A stretch of DNA of 64,000 bases from Deltaproteobacteria bacterium (GTDB taxonomy: Bacteria; Myxococcota; Kuafuiibacteriia; Kuafuiibacteriales; Kuafuiibacteriaceae): the NCBI GenBank assembly GCA_040218735.1, contig JAVJQW010000067.1, positions 1-64,000 on the forward strand. The letters run 5' to 3'. A program made the translations under genes and the position numbers. Position 1 is the first letter of the stretch; every line of letters starts with the position of its first letter. This document shows, one piece after another, positions 9,646 through 18,329 of this stretch. Under the pieces are notes generated by a model. That model searched no databases. It saw only the letters and a program-made list of their open reading frames with translations, and was not told the DNA's origin.

Positions 9646-11280
9646 GTGGCACACCTGACGCTCGTGGTCCAGGGGCGTGAAGTCCGCAAGTTCGTCCTCA
9701 ATCCGGCGGTCACCACGATTGGTCGGGCCCAAGAGAACGACATCGTCATCAACAACCTCGCCCTGTCGCGCCGACACGCCGAGGTGACGATGCGCCGCGG
9801 CCGCTTCGAGGTCGAGGACCTCGGCAGCCAGAACGGCGTGTTCGTGAACAACGAGCGCATCGACGGCCCCAAGGCGCTGCGCGACGAGGACACCATCACG
9901 CTGGGCACCTACCAGTTCGTGTTCTCGTCGGACCGCTCCGGGGATCCGGACATCCGGGGCCTCAAGACGGGCAAGAAGAAGGTCGAGGTCACGCAGCTCG
10001 AGGACCCCGACGACCTCGAGCCGCCGGACCAGGCGACCCCCCTGCTCGTCCTCAAGTACAACGACGTCGAGCTGCAGCGGTTCCCCATCTACGGCGAGTG
10101 CCTCGTCGGGCGCGCCAAGGAGTGCGACGTCCAGATCGCCGAGCGGCGCCTGTCGCGCCGGCACTGCAAGCTCGTCTTCGACAACGGCCGCGTAACGCTG
10201 GAGGACCTCGGCAGCCAGAACGGCACCTACGTCAACCGCAAGCGCATCCCGCGGCGGTACGACCTCGAGCACGGTGACGTCCTCAACTTCGCCGAGTACT
10301 CGATCCTCTACCTCTCCGACGCCGCCGACTACGACGGCCCGGACCGCGAGAACGCGAGTGTCCCGGTGGCGCCGCGCCCCGCGTCGGGGATCGAACGCGA
10401 GGAGACCGAGTTCCCGGAGGCCTACGGCGAGGACTACGAGGAGGCGCCGCGCCCGTCGATCCTTCCGAACGACAGCCGCATCCATCCGCAGGACCTCGAG
10501 GATCCGGACGACATCCCCGCCGGCGCGCCCGTGCACCACGTGGATCCCGCGGAGCCCTTCGTCGAGCGTCCGCGCCGTTCGCGTGAACGCCGAACCCGTG
10601 AGCCGGAGCGTGAGGCGCCGGAGCCGGAGCGTCGTCGCCGTCGGCCGCCGCCCTCGACGCCCGCGCCACGCAAGGAGCGCGTCGTGCGCGGCCGCGACGT
10701 GGTCGCGAAGCCTACGAAGAAGCCGCGCCGCCCCAGCCCGCACGTGGCGCGCCCGATCGCGGCGCGCGTCGAAGCTGCGGAGCACGCCGACGTCGACGAT
10801 CGTCAGCGCGTCGCCCGCCCGGACTCGGCGCTGGACGACTGGTTCGCCGCACGGGAAGACGACGAGGAGTACGAAGAGGAGCCCTCGGTGCTCCTGGAGC
10901 GGAGCAAGTCGTCGATGTCGCAGCTGTTGTCGACGATGATGGTCGACAAACGCGAGCTCGACCGAAACCTCTCGGTGCGCGCGAAGCAGCGCCGGTTCAA
11001 CATCGAGGTCAAACACGGCAACGACGTGGTCTACAACGGGCCGCTCCTCGAACAGGTCACCATCCTCGGGCGCGACCAGGAGGCGGACATCCAGATCAAG
11101 GGCCGCTACGTCGCCGCCCGCCACAGCCTCCTGGTGCGCGTGAAGGACTCCCTCTTGTTGGTGCGCCTCGGCTCGTCGTCCGCGGCGCGGGTGAACGGCC
11201 TACCGAAGCTGCAGGCGTTCCTGAAGAGCGGCGACGTCGTGCAGATCGACGAGACGACGATCAAGATCCTCGAAGAGTGA
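9646..11280 (+). CDS. Triple FHA-domain protein
   Basis: IGR..SRRHA..DLGSQNG, VGR..SRRHC..DLGSQNG and a third degenerate FHA (LGR..AARHS..VNG), with an acidic/Pro/Arg-rich linker before the third. Confidence 0.9.
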   Translation: MAHLTLVVQGREVRKFVLNPAVTTIGRAQENDIVINNLALSRRHAEVTMRRGRFEVEDLGSQNGVFVNNERIDGPKALRDEDTITLGTYQFVFSSDRSGDPDIRGLKTGKKKVEVTQLEDPDDLEPPDQATPLLVLKYNDVELQRFPIYGECLVGRAKECDVQIAERRLSRRHCKLVFDNGRVTLEDLGSQNGTYVNRKRIPRRYDLEHGDVLNFAEYSILYLSDAADYDGPDRENASVPVAPRPASGIEREETEFPEAYGEDYEEAPRPSILPNDSRIHPQDLEDPDDIPAGAPVHHVDPAEPFVERPRRSRERRTREPEREAPEPERRRRRPPPSTPAPRKERVVRGRDVVAKPTKKPRRPSPHVARPIAARVEAAEHADVDDRQRVARPDSALDDWFAAREDDEEYEEEPSVLLERSKSSMSQLLSTMMVDKRELDRNLSVRAKQRRFNIEVKHGNDVVYNGPLLEQVTILGRDQEADIQIKGRYVAARHSLLVRVKDSLLLVRLGSSSAARVNGLPKLQAFLKSGDVVQIDETTIKILEE

Positions 11281-11289
11281 TCCGTCGGT

Positions 11290-11682
11290 TCAGTTGTCGC
11301 CGAGCATCTGGTCGGCGAGTTTCTCCAGCTCCGGAACGCTGTGTTCGACCGTGACGGAGAAGAACGCGCCCTCGTGCTGGACGTCGTCGCCGGTGGGGAG
11401 CGTGCGGTGCGAGCCGGACTCGACGAACATGCCGTACAGCCCGTCGAGCGCGTCGACCATGAGCATCCACGGATCGCGGTCCTCGCCCGCGCCGCGCAGG
11501 TAGCGGACGCGGAAGCGGAAGTGGTGTCGTCGCTTTTCGTGGACGAGCTCGACGAAGCGGCTCGCGGCGTCGACCTCGACGACGACGGCCTCCCCGGGCG
11601 TCAGCGGGTAACGTTCGGCGATGAGGCGCGCGACGACGTCGCCGAGCGGCGGCTCACCCCACTTGGGCTCTTGCTGGCTCAC
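11290..11682 (-). CDS. Hypothetical protein
   Basis: Protein-like C-terminal part of ORF 11290-12570; GTG start at 11682 is an estimate. Confidence 0.6.
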   Translation of the reverse strand: MSQQEPKWGEPPLGDVVARLIAERYPLTPGEAVVVEVDAASRFVELVHEKRRHHFRFRVRYLRGAGEDRDPWMLMVDALDGLYGMFVESGSHRTLPTGDDVQHEGAFFSVTVEHSVPELEKLADQMLGDN

Positions 11683-12165
11683 GCGCTCGTGTTCGCGTCG
11701 ATGCCCGCTGCTGCGCAAGCGGAACCTGCACTCGTGACGGATCGCGGGGTGTCGCCGTTCGTCGCTGCGCGGCTCGGGCGACAGCTGGTGAGCCGGGACG
11801 CGCGGCCCTTCGAGGACGCGGGGCCGTCGCGCGCGGTGGAGCTGGGGGTCGGGTTCGACGGGGGCTCCGTGTTTGCGTACGAGCTGGGCCTGCGCGCGTC
11901 GACGGGTGCGACGGACGTGGTCTCCGTGTTCGGCGGGGTGCGGCTGGACGTGATGCCCGAGTGGTGGATCGTCACACCGGTGATTCGCGGGGGCTTGGGG
12001 ATCGGGCGCGCGGACGCCTGGACGCTGGGCCCGCACCTCGACGTCGGCGTGCGGGTGGACCTCGGCGGGCCGCAGCTGCTCGTCACCGCGGCCGGGACCG
12101 CGTGGATCGCGCCGTTCGTCGTGGACGTCGGCCTCCGCGTCGCGCTGGTCGGCGGGCGCTTCTGA
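11671..12165 (+). CDS. Small exported beta-barrel-like protein
   Basis: AAAQA signal cleavage site, amphipathic strands, terminal Phe; start uncertain. Confidence 0.5.
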   Translation: MLAHALVFASMPAAAQAEPALVTDRGVSPFVAARLGRQLVSRDARPFEDAGPSRAVELGVGFDGGSVFAYELGLRASTGATDVVSVFGGVRLDVMPEWWIVTPVIRGGLGIGRADAWTLGPHLDVGVRVDLGGPQLLVTAAGTAWIAPFVVDVGLRVALVGGRF

Positions 12166-12229
12166 GGACACGAACGTCGTGCGAACGCGCACGTCGGGCG
12201 ACGCGCTGCCGAGCGCGGTATCGTCGGGT

Positions 12230-13501
12230 GTGCTTCGGCGGCTGCTGTGCCTCGCGCCTCTGTGGGCCGCCTGCGCCACGACCGCGCCGCCGTGCGGATC
12301 GGATCTGGTGACGGCCGCGCCCGCGGCGCTCTCGAAGACGAGCACGGCGACCCTGGTCTTCGACTTCCGCCGACTGATCGGCGAGCGGCGCGAGCTGGAG
12401 CGCTGTCTGGAGGCGGAGCTCGACGCGCAGCCGGTGCGGTTGCAGCCGTTCGGGAACATGTCGGCGCAGGTCTGCGGGTTCCCGAAGCTGATCGTGCACG
12501 CGGGCGGGCAGAAGCGGGTGCTGGTCACCCACTGCAACGACGTCGAGGACGTGGGCACCGCGCTCCCCACCGGGGCGCAGGTCCACGGGCACGCCCTGGC
12601 CTACCGGCTGTTCGAGGCGCTGGAGTTCGTGGCGCTGCGAACCGTACGGCGCGACATCGTCTACCAAGACGCGCGCAGCGACACCAAGATGTCGGCGCGG
12701 CCGGCGTTCTTCCTGGAGTTCCTCGACGATCTCTTGAAACGAACGGGCACGGTGCGCGCCGACGACGCGCCGCGCGCCGCGTTGGACCTCGACGTCGTCG
12801 CGCGCCTCTTCCTGTTCCAGATCCTGATCGACAACCGCGACTGGCGGCTCTTCGACTTCACGTCGGTCGAGGGGCCCTACTTCGGTGTCCAGAACAAGAT
12901 CGGCGCCCACAACGTGTTCCTGGTGCGCCGCGCGAACGGACGCGTCGTGCCGATCGCCTACGACTTGGAGCTGTCCGGCTTCGTCGGGATCCCGCGCGGC
13001 ATCTACCTGCTGTCGGGCGGGCACGACCAGACGCTCCTCGACGCGATTGCCGCTCCCGAGCTCGCGCCGAAGGAGCCCTGGCTGGTGCGGTGGATGTTGG
13101 TGCGCCTGCTCGACTTTCGGCGCCGCTTCGACGCGAAGCGCGCGGCGGACGCGGAGCGGCACTTCAGGAAGCTCCGCGTCGCGGTGGAGGCCCGCATCGA
13201 CGACGAGTCGCTCCCGGCCAAGACCCGCGAGCGGGCCCGAGCGCACGTCGACGCGTTCTACCGCGCGCTGCGCCTGCTCCGCCGCATCGATCGCACGAAG
13301 TGGCCGGTGGACCTGTACGTGGACGGCGAGCGGGTGTGCGAGGCGGTCCCGACGGGGACGCCGTTCGAGATCCTCGAGCCCGATCCCGTGAAGCCCAAGG
13401 TGCGCCTGTTGTTCCAGATGCGGTTGGACGAGGACGACGCGAAGCCGATGTGCCCGCGGATCAACGTTGGCCACGCGCTGCGCCACGAGGGACGCCGATG
13501 A
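12230..13501 (+). CDS. Lipoprotein with atypical (CotH-like) kinase motifs
   Basis: Lipobox LWAAC; FQILIDNRDW...HNVFL...PIAYDLELSG. Confidence 0.6.
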   Translation: MLRRLLCLAPLWAACATTAPPCGSDLVTAAPAALSKTSTATLVFDFRRLIGERRELERCLEAELDAQPVRLQPFGNMSAQVCGFPKLIVHAGGQKRVLVTHCNDVEDVGTALPTGAQVHGHALAYRLFEALEFVALRTVRRDIVYQDARSDTKMSARPAFFLEFLDDLLKRTGTVRADDAPRAALDLDVVARLFLFQILIDNRDWRLFDFTSVEGPYFGVQNKIGAHNVFLVRRANGRVVPIAYDLELSGFVGIPRGIYLLSGGHDQTLLDAIAAPELAPKEPWLVRWMLVRLLDFRRRFDAKRAADAERHFRKLRVAVEARIDDESLPAKTRERARAHVDAFYRALRLLRRIDRTKWPVDLYVDGERVCEAVPTGTPFEILEPDPVKPKVRLLFQMRLDEDDAKPMCPRINVGHALRHEGRR

Positions 13502-14300
13502 AGTTGAATGCGGCGAACGGAAACTCGTGCGCTCGATGAAACGATGTGAAGTCCAGCGGCGCGGCTCCGTCCGTGAATTGCTGCGGCAAGAAGATCGAAT
13601 AGCCGACGCGGTCGAGGAAATCGAAAACGTCACGCGTCGCGACCGACGCGGCGGACAGCGCGCTCTGCGTCGACTCGAAGAGTAATGACGGACGCTGCCG
13701 GAGGAGGAGTCGCTCCGCTCCGAGCAACACCTGGAGCTCGGCCCCTTCGACGTCGACCTTCATGAAGTCCACGCGTCGCTCCGGGGGGAGGACGTCATCG
13801 AGCCGGCGACAGGCTACGCGCGTCTCGACGAGCTCGTCGCCCGGCTCGTAGTGACGATTCAGGCCGCTGTACCCCGTGCTGTCGCGGTTGATGAAGAAGG
13901 TCGCGGCGTGGTCGTCGCGTGACGACAGCGCCATCTGGTGGATCTCGTACTCCGGGAACTTCGCGCGGAGCCACGCCGCCTTTTCTGGGATGGGTTCGAA
14001 CGCGATGTGCGCACCGAGCGGAGCGATGCGCGCGAATGCGCTCAACATGATTCCGAGGTGGCAGCCGATGTCGATGCAGTTCGACTCCGCGGACAACGTG
14101 GTGCGGAGGAAGCGCTCGATGCATCGACCTTCACCGAAGATGGGCGCGAGCTCGGGGTGCCGCACGCGATGGGGATAGCCGAGGATCTCCTTGAGGCGCA
14201 GCGCTGGCGCTTCGAACGGCGTTCGAACGATGGTCTTCTTGATGCGATCTTTGAGCACTCCGGCCTCCCGGGTCGGTGGTTGGGTCGGCAAATTCGCCAA
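13461..14300 (-). CDS. FkbM-family methyltransferase
   Basis: IDIGCHLG, AFEP, RLDD, DFMKVDVEGAELQVLLG. Confidence 0.9.
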   Translation of the reverse strand: MANLPTQPPTREAGVLKDRIKKTIVRTPFEAPALRLKEILGYPHRVRHPELAPIFGEGRCIERFLRTTLSAESNCIDIGCHLGIMLSAFARIAPLGAHIAFEPIPEKAAWLRAKFPEYEIHQMALSSRDDHAATFFINRDSTGYSGLNRHYEPGDELVETRVACRRLDDVLPPERRVDFMKVDVEGAELQVLLGAERLLLRQRPSLLFESTQSALSAASVATRDVFDFLDRVGYSIFLPQQFTDGAAPLDFTSFHRAHEFPFAAFNFIGVPRGAARGQR

Positions 14301-14334
14301 CCACCGACGCCGTGCGGCGACCTCGCGTCATCGA

Positions 14335-15012
14335 TCACCCGTCGATGATTCCTCCGAGCCTCTCTCGGACCGCCTGCGTTGCGCGGCGGCTCACGCGGGC
14401 ACAGGTTCCGTCGTCGAGCTCCAACACCAAGGCGCCACCGTCGCGCGTCGTCCGTACGACGCGGCCCAGATCCACCAGCTCCGCGCGATGCACCCGAACG
14501 AAGCCCAGCGGCGCCAGGCGCTCCTCCAGCGCGCTCAGGCTCTCCTCGAGGAGCAGCTCCTCGCCGTCGATCTCACACACCGTGTATTTGTCGCGCGCCG
14601 TGAAACGAGCGACCTGCTTCACGTCGAACACACGCGCGGTGTCGCCGTGGCGCGCCGTGAGACGTACGGTTCGCCGCTGTCGCTGCGTGCGGGACAGCGC
14701 GGCCTCCAGGCGCTCGCGCGCGACGGGCTTCAGGAGGTAGTCGACCGCCTCGACCTCGAAGGCCGCGACCGCGTGCTCGGGGTGCGCCGTCGTGAACACG
14801 ATCGCGACCCCCGTCCGCGCCGCGACCTCGAGGCCGTCGAGACCCGGCATCGAGATGTCCAGGAGCACGACGTCCGGCGCGAAGCGTTCGATCGCCGCGA
14901 GCGCCGCCTCACCGTCGCCGGCCTCACCGACGACCTGGAACCCCAACGCTTCCACCAGCCGCACCAGGCGACGCCGCGCCGGCGGCTCGTCGTCGACGAC
15001 CAACACCCTCAC
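14335..15012 (-). CDS. LytTR-family (AlgR-like) response regulator
   Basis: VVDDE, LLDISMPGLDG, FTTAH, DYLLKP, and C-terminal FVRVHRAELV...VSRR. Confidence 0.95.
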   Translation of the reverse strand: MRVLVVDDEPPARRRLVRLVEALGFQVVGEAGDGEAALAAIERFAPDVVLLDISMPGLDGLEVAARTGVAIVFTTAHPEHAVAAFEVEAVDYLLKPVARERLEAALSRTQRQRRTVRLTARHGDTARVFDVKQVARFTARDKYTVCEIDGEELLLEESLSALEERLAPLGFVRVHRAELVDLGRVVRTTRDGGALVLELDDGTCARVSRRATQAVRERLGGIIDG

Positions 15013-16034
15013 GGCGCGCTCCGCGGGAGACGCAGACGGACGCGGAACCCACCGAGCGCGCCGTCGCGATCGACGTCGACGCGGGCCGCGCCGCCGTAGA
15101 GGATGTCGAGGCGCTTCGCGAGATCGCGGTGCGCCGTCTTCGTTCCGTCGTCGCCGGACGTTCCGTCGCCGTCGTCCTCGACGGACAGCTCCACGAGCTC
15201 GCCAGCCGCCCGGACGGAGACCGATACGCGCCCGCCCTCCCGACGACCAACGCCGTGTTTGACGGCGTTCTCGGCGAGCGGCTGGAGCACCAGCGGGGGG
15301 ACCGGCACCGCTTCGAGGCCCTCCGCGACATCCAGCTCTACCCGCAGCCGCTCCCCGTACCTCAGACCTTCGAACGCGAGGTACCGCCGCGTCGCTTCGA
15401 TCTCCTGCGCCAGCGGCACCCAGCGGTGCTTCGAGCCGTCGAGGGTGTGCCGCAGCAACCCTGAAAGCTCCACCACGGCGTCCTCTGCGCGCGCCGCGTC
15501 CTCCGGGATCAGCGCCGCGATGGTGTTCAGGCTATTGAATAGAAAGTGCGGGTTGATGCGCGCGTGGATCGCCGCCAGCTCACTCTCCAGGCGAGCGCGT
15601 TCCGCGTCGGCGGTCCGGCGGCGCCAACGATCCAACGCGCTGGTGACGAACACGATCGTCACGGTGACCGGCAAGGCGACTTGCACCACGGCCGAGTACG
15701 GGAACGCCTTCAACACACTCGGCGCAACCAACCCCACGACGAAGAGCGCGAGGGACGTCCCCGCGAGGATGCCCGCCGAGATCGCGACGGTGTGACCGAC
15801 CAGCCCGAGCCACCCCTGATCCACCGTCACCCCCACGCGCGCGAGCAGCGCGTAGGAGACGGTGAGCGAAAGCCCGATCGCCACCGAGATGACGACGTTC
15901 ACCGCGAAGACCTCCAGCCACGCGCGCGTGGAATCCACGCCGAGGAAACTCGACAGAACGATCGTGAGGCCGGCCGCCAGCGCGAGGTAGAGGGCGACCT
16001 CCTTCATCAGGTGCGGACCGTGGAGCTTCATCAC
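15009..16034 (-). CDS. LytS/AlgZ-type sensor histidine kinase
   Basis: Four N-terminal TM segments; ARINPHFLFNSLNTI, LQPLAENAVKHG, VEDDGDG. Confidence 0.93.
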   Translation of the reverse strand: MMKLHGPHLMKEVALYLALAAGLTIVLSSFLGVDSTRAWLEVFAVNVVISVAIGLSLTVSYALLARVGVTVDQGWLGLVGHTVAISAGILAGTSLALFVVGLVAPSVLKAFPYSAVVQVALPVTVTIVFVTSALDRWRRRTADAERARLESELAAIHARINPHFLFNSLNTIAALIPEDAARAEDAVVELSGLLRHTLDGSKHRWVPLAQEIEATRRYLAFEGLRYGERLRVELDVAEGLEAVPVPPLVLQPLAENAVKHGVGRREGGRVSVSVRAAGELVELSVEDDGDGTSGDDGTKTAHRDLAKRLDILYGGAARVDVDRDGALGGFRVRLRLPRSAP

Positions 16035-16111
16035 ACGACCTCGGCGACCCTTCGACGTTGCCGGACCTCGGCGCCCCCGGCAATCCGGCGCCCCGGCGCT
16101 ACGCGGATTGG

Positions 16112-16149
16112 TTGACCCGGGGTCAATAGCTGTTGACCTTCGGTCAACA
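16112..16149. promoter_or_regulatory. Two TTGACC-N3-GGTCAA palindromes (probable TetR operators)
   Basis: TTGACCCGGGGTCAA (16112-16126) and TGTTGACCTTCGGTCAACA (16131-16149), directly before the TetR gene. Confidence 0.7.
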
Positions 16150-16159
16150 AGCGCTCAGG

Positions 16160-16759
16160 GTGTCGCTCGTGCCCGCCGCCGCCCAGCGCCTCTCCACCGA
16201 AGAGCGCCACCGTCAGCTCCTGGAGCGCGGGCTCGACCTGTTCGCCCGCCACAGCTTCGACCAGCTCTCCACCGACCAGATAGCCAAGGAGGCTGGCGTC
16301 TCCAAGGCGCTCTTGTTCCACTACTTCGGGAGCAAGCGCGGCTACTACGTCGCGACCATCCAGGAGGTCGCCGCGCGCGTCGCCACCGCCACGGCGCCGG
16401 ACCCCTCGTTGCCCTTCGAGCCCGCGCTGAAGGGGGCCCTCGATGGCTACGTCGACTTCGTGAAACACCACGGCGCCCTCTACGCGAGCCTCGTACGCGG
16501 CGGCGTCGGCGCCGACGACGAGGTGCACGGCATCCTCGACGTCGTGCGCAAGACCTCCGTCGACCTCGTCATCGAGCGCGCCGAGATCCGCCGCCCTTCG
16601 GCGCGGCTCCTCGCCGCCCTCGAAGGCTGGGTCGCCTTCACCGAGACCACCACCCTGCGGTGGCACGCCGACCGCGGCTTCTCCGAGCGCGCGTTGGTAC
16701 GCCTCCTCATGGACACCCTCCTCGCCCTCCTCGAGCGCGAGCAACGGAGCAAGAGATGA
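16160..16759 (+). CDS. TetR/AcrR-family transcriptional regulator
   Basis: HTH STDQIAKEAGVSKALLFHYFGSK. Confidence 0.93.
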   Translation: MSLVPAAAQRLSTEERHRQLLERGLDLFARHSFDQLSTDQIAKEAGVSKALLFHYFGSKRGYYVATIQEVAARVATATAPDPSLPFEPALKGALDGYVDFVKHHGALYASLVRGGVGADDEVHGILDVVRKTSVDLVIERAEIRRPSARLLAALEGWVAFTETTTLRWHADRGFSERALVRLLMDTLLALLEREQRSKR

Positions 16760-17583
16760 AGAACACCCAAGACTGGCGCACGTTCACCGGCGAGCTCGCC
16801 TGGCCCACCGTGGCCCTGTTCCTCTTCCTCGTCGCGGGCCACGCGCTCACCTGGTGGCTCGTCCTCGAAGACCACCTTCCGCTCCTCGTCGGCGCCGCGC
16901 TGCAGACGGTGTTCGCGTACCTGGCGTTCACGCCGCTGCACGAGGCGGTGCACGGCAACATCCACGGCCGTCACACGAAGTACGCCCGCCTCGACGGCAC
17001 CATCGGCTGGGTCAGCGCCGCCCTCCTCGCGGCGCCCTACCCGGCCTTCCGCGTGCTCCACCTGACACACCATTCGCACACCAACGATCCCGAGCGCGAC
17101 CCGGACCACTGGGTCGCCGGGGACAGCTACTTCGCCGTCGCCGCGCGGTGCTTCACGATCGTGCCCCGCTACCTCGCGGACTTCTTCGCGGGCCGCACGA
17201 GCACGACCAAAGCCGCCCGCGACGGGCGCAACGCCTCCGCGCTGTTCTTCGTGGTGCTCGCCATCGCGCTCGGCGGCGTCGTCGCGCTGGGGTACGGGGT
17301 CGAGGTCATCGCCCTCTACGTCGCCCCAGCGATCGTCGCGAGCGGCATGCTGGCGTTTGCGTTCGACTGGCTCCCGCACCACCCGCACGACGTCCAGGGC
17401 CGCTACGTCGACACCCGCATCGTGTTGTTCCCGGGCCTGGGCCTGTTCACGCTCGGCCAGAGCTACCACACCGTTCATCACCTCTACCCGCGCGTGCCGT
17501 TCTACCGCTACGCGGAGGCGTTCTTCTCGCTGCGCGGTGAGCTCGAAGCCAACGGGACGCCGATCGTCGACCTACGCGGCTGA
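16756..17583 (+). CDS. Membrane fatty-acid desaturase/hydroxylase family protein
   Basis: His boxes HEAVH, HLTHH, HTVHH; ATGA overlap with tetR. Confidence 0.9.
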   Translation: MKNTQDWRTFTGELAWPTVALFLFLVAGHALTWWLVLEDHLPLLVGAALQTVFAYLAFTPLHEAVHGNIHGRHTKYARLDGTIGWVSAALLAAPYPAFRVLHLTHHSHTNDPERDPDHWVAGDSYFAVAARCFTIVPRYLADFFAGRTSTTKAARDGRNASALFFVVLAIALGGVVALGYGVEVIALYVAPAIVASGMLAFAFDWLPHHPHDVQGRYVDTRIVLFPGLGLFTLGQSYHTVHHLYPRVPFYRYAEAFFSLRGELEANGTPIVDLRG

Positions 17584-18245
17584 CCGCCTTCGAACTTCGT
17601 GCGGTAGCGCCGAATCCACACCTGGAAGATGGGCACCATCACCGCCGACGGGAGGAACCACGGTACCCACGCCCACGCCTCCGGGAGGTTCGGCGCGAGC
17701 CGCGCGACGTTCACGACCAGGAACGCCGTCACCGCCGCGATGCAGGCGCCCATCATGCTCGACATGTGCTGGTACCACCACGCCATCCGCGACTGCAGCG
17801 CACGCGACGCGAAGCGGTAGTCTCCGAGCCCCGTCACGAGGGCGATCGTCGAGAACACGATCATGAGCAGCTCGCCGACGATCAGCCCGTAGACGATCGC
17901 CCCGCTCGCCGCGACCGCGAGGAGAATCGGGAACACACGATCGAGGATCCGCGGGCTCGGCTCGGGCGCCTTCTTCCGACGAACCGCCGCGATCGCCGCG
18001 TAGACCCCCTCGCCGAGGAGCAGCGACAGCACGCCGAAGAACACGCCGGTCGCCGTGCGGCCCGCGAGCAGGAACAGCACGGACAACACCAGACCGGACA
18101 CCGCGGAGGTGGTCATCCCGGCGACGAACGCCCAGCCGGCGCGTTTGTGCCATCGCCCGCCCTTCTTGGTGAGGAGCGGGATCAACAGGGTGACGAGGCC
18201 GGTGAACCCGCCGGCGACGTGAATGCCGAGGACAATGTCTTTCAT
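17508..18245 (-). CDS. DUF2306-like integral membrane protein
   Basis: IHVAGG...KKGGRWHKRAGW and WWYQHMSSMMGACIAAVTAF; multiple TM helices. Confidence 0.75.
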   Translation of the reverse strand: MKDIVLGIHVAGGFTGLVTLLIPLLTKKGGRWHKRAGWAFVAGMTTSAVSGLVLSVLFLLAGRTATGVFFGVLSLLLGEGVYAAIAAVRRKKAPEPSPRILDRVFPILLAVAASGAIVYGLIVGELLMIVFSTIALVTGLGDYRFASRALQSRMAWWYQHMSSMMGACIAAVTAFLVVNVARLAPNLPEAWAWVPWFLPSAVMVPIFQVWIRRYRTKFEGGQPRRSTIGVPLASSSPRSEKNASA

Positions 18246-18287
18246 GCCCACAACGTAGCGGCGCGAAGGTGCGCGACGAGGGGGGAG

Positions 18288-18322
18288 CCGACGAGCGGTC
18301 GCTCGCGTCCGACGAACGGTCG
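18288..18322 (-). promoter_or_regulatory. LytTR (AlgR-type) direct-repeat binding sites
   Basis: Minus strand CGACCGTTCGTCGG and CGACCGCTCGTCGG with a 21-bp period; contains the exact AlgR core ACCGTTCGTC. Confidence 0.7.
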
Positions 18323-18329
18323 TCGAGGA

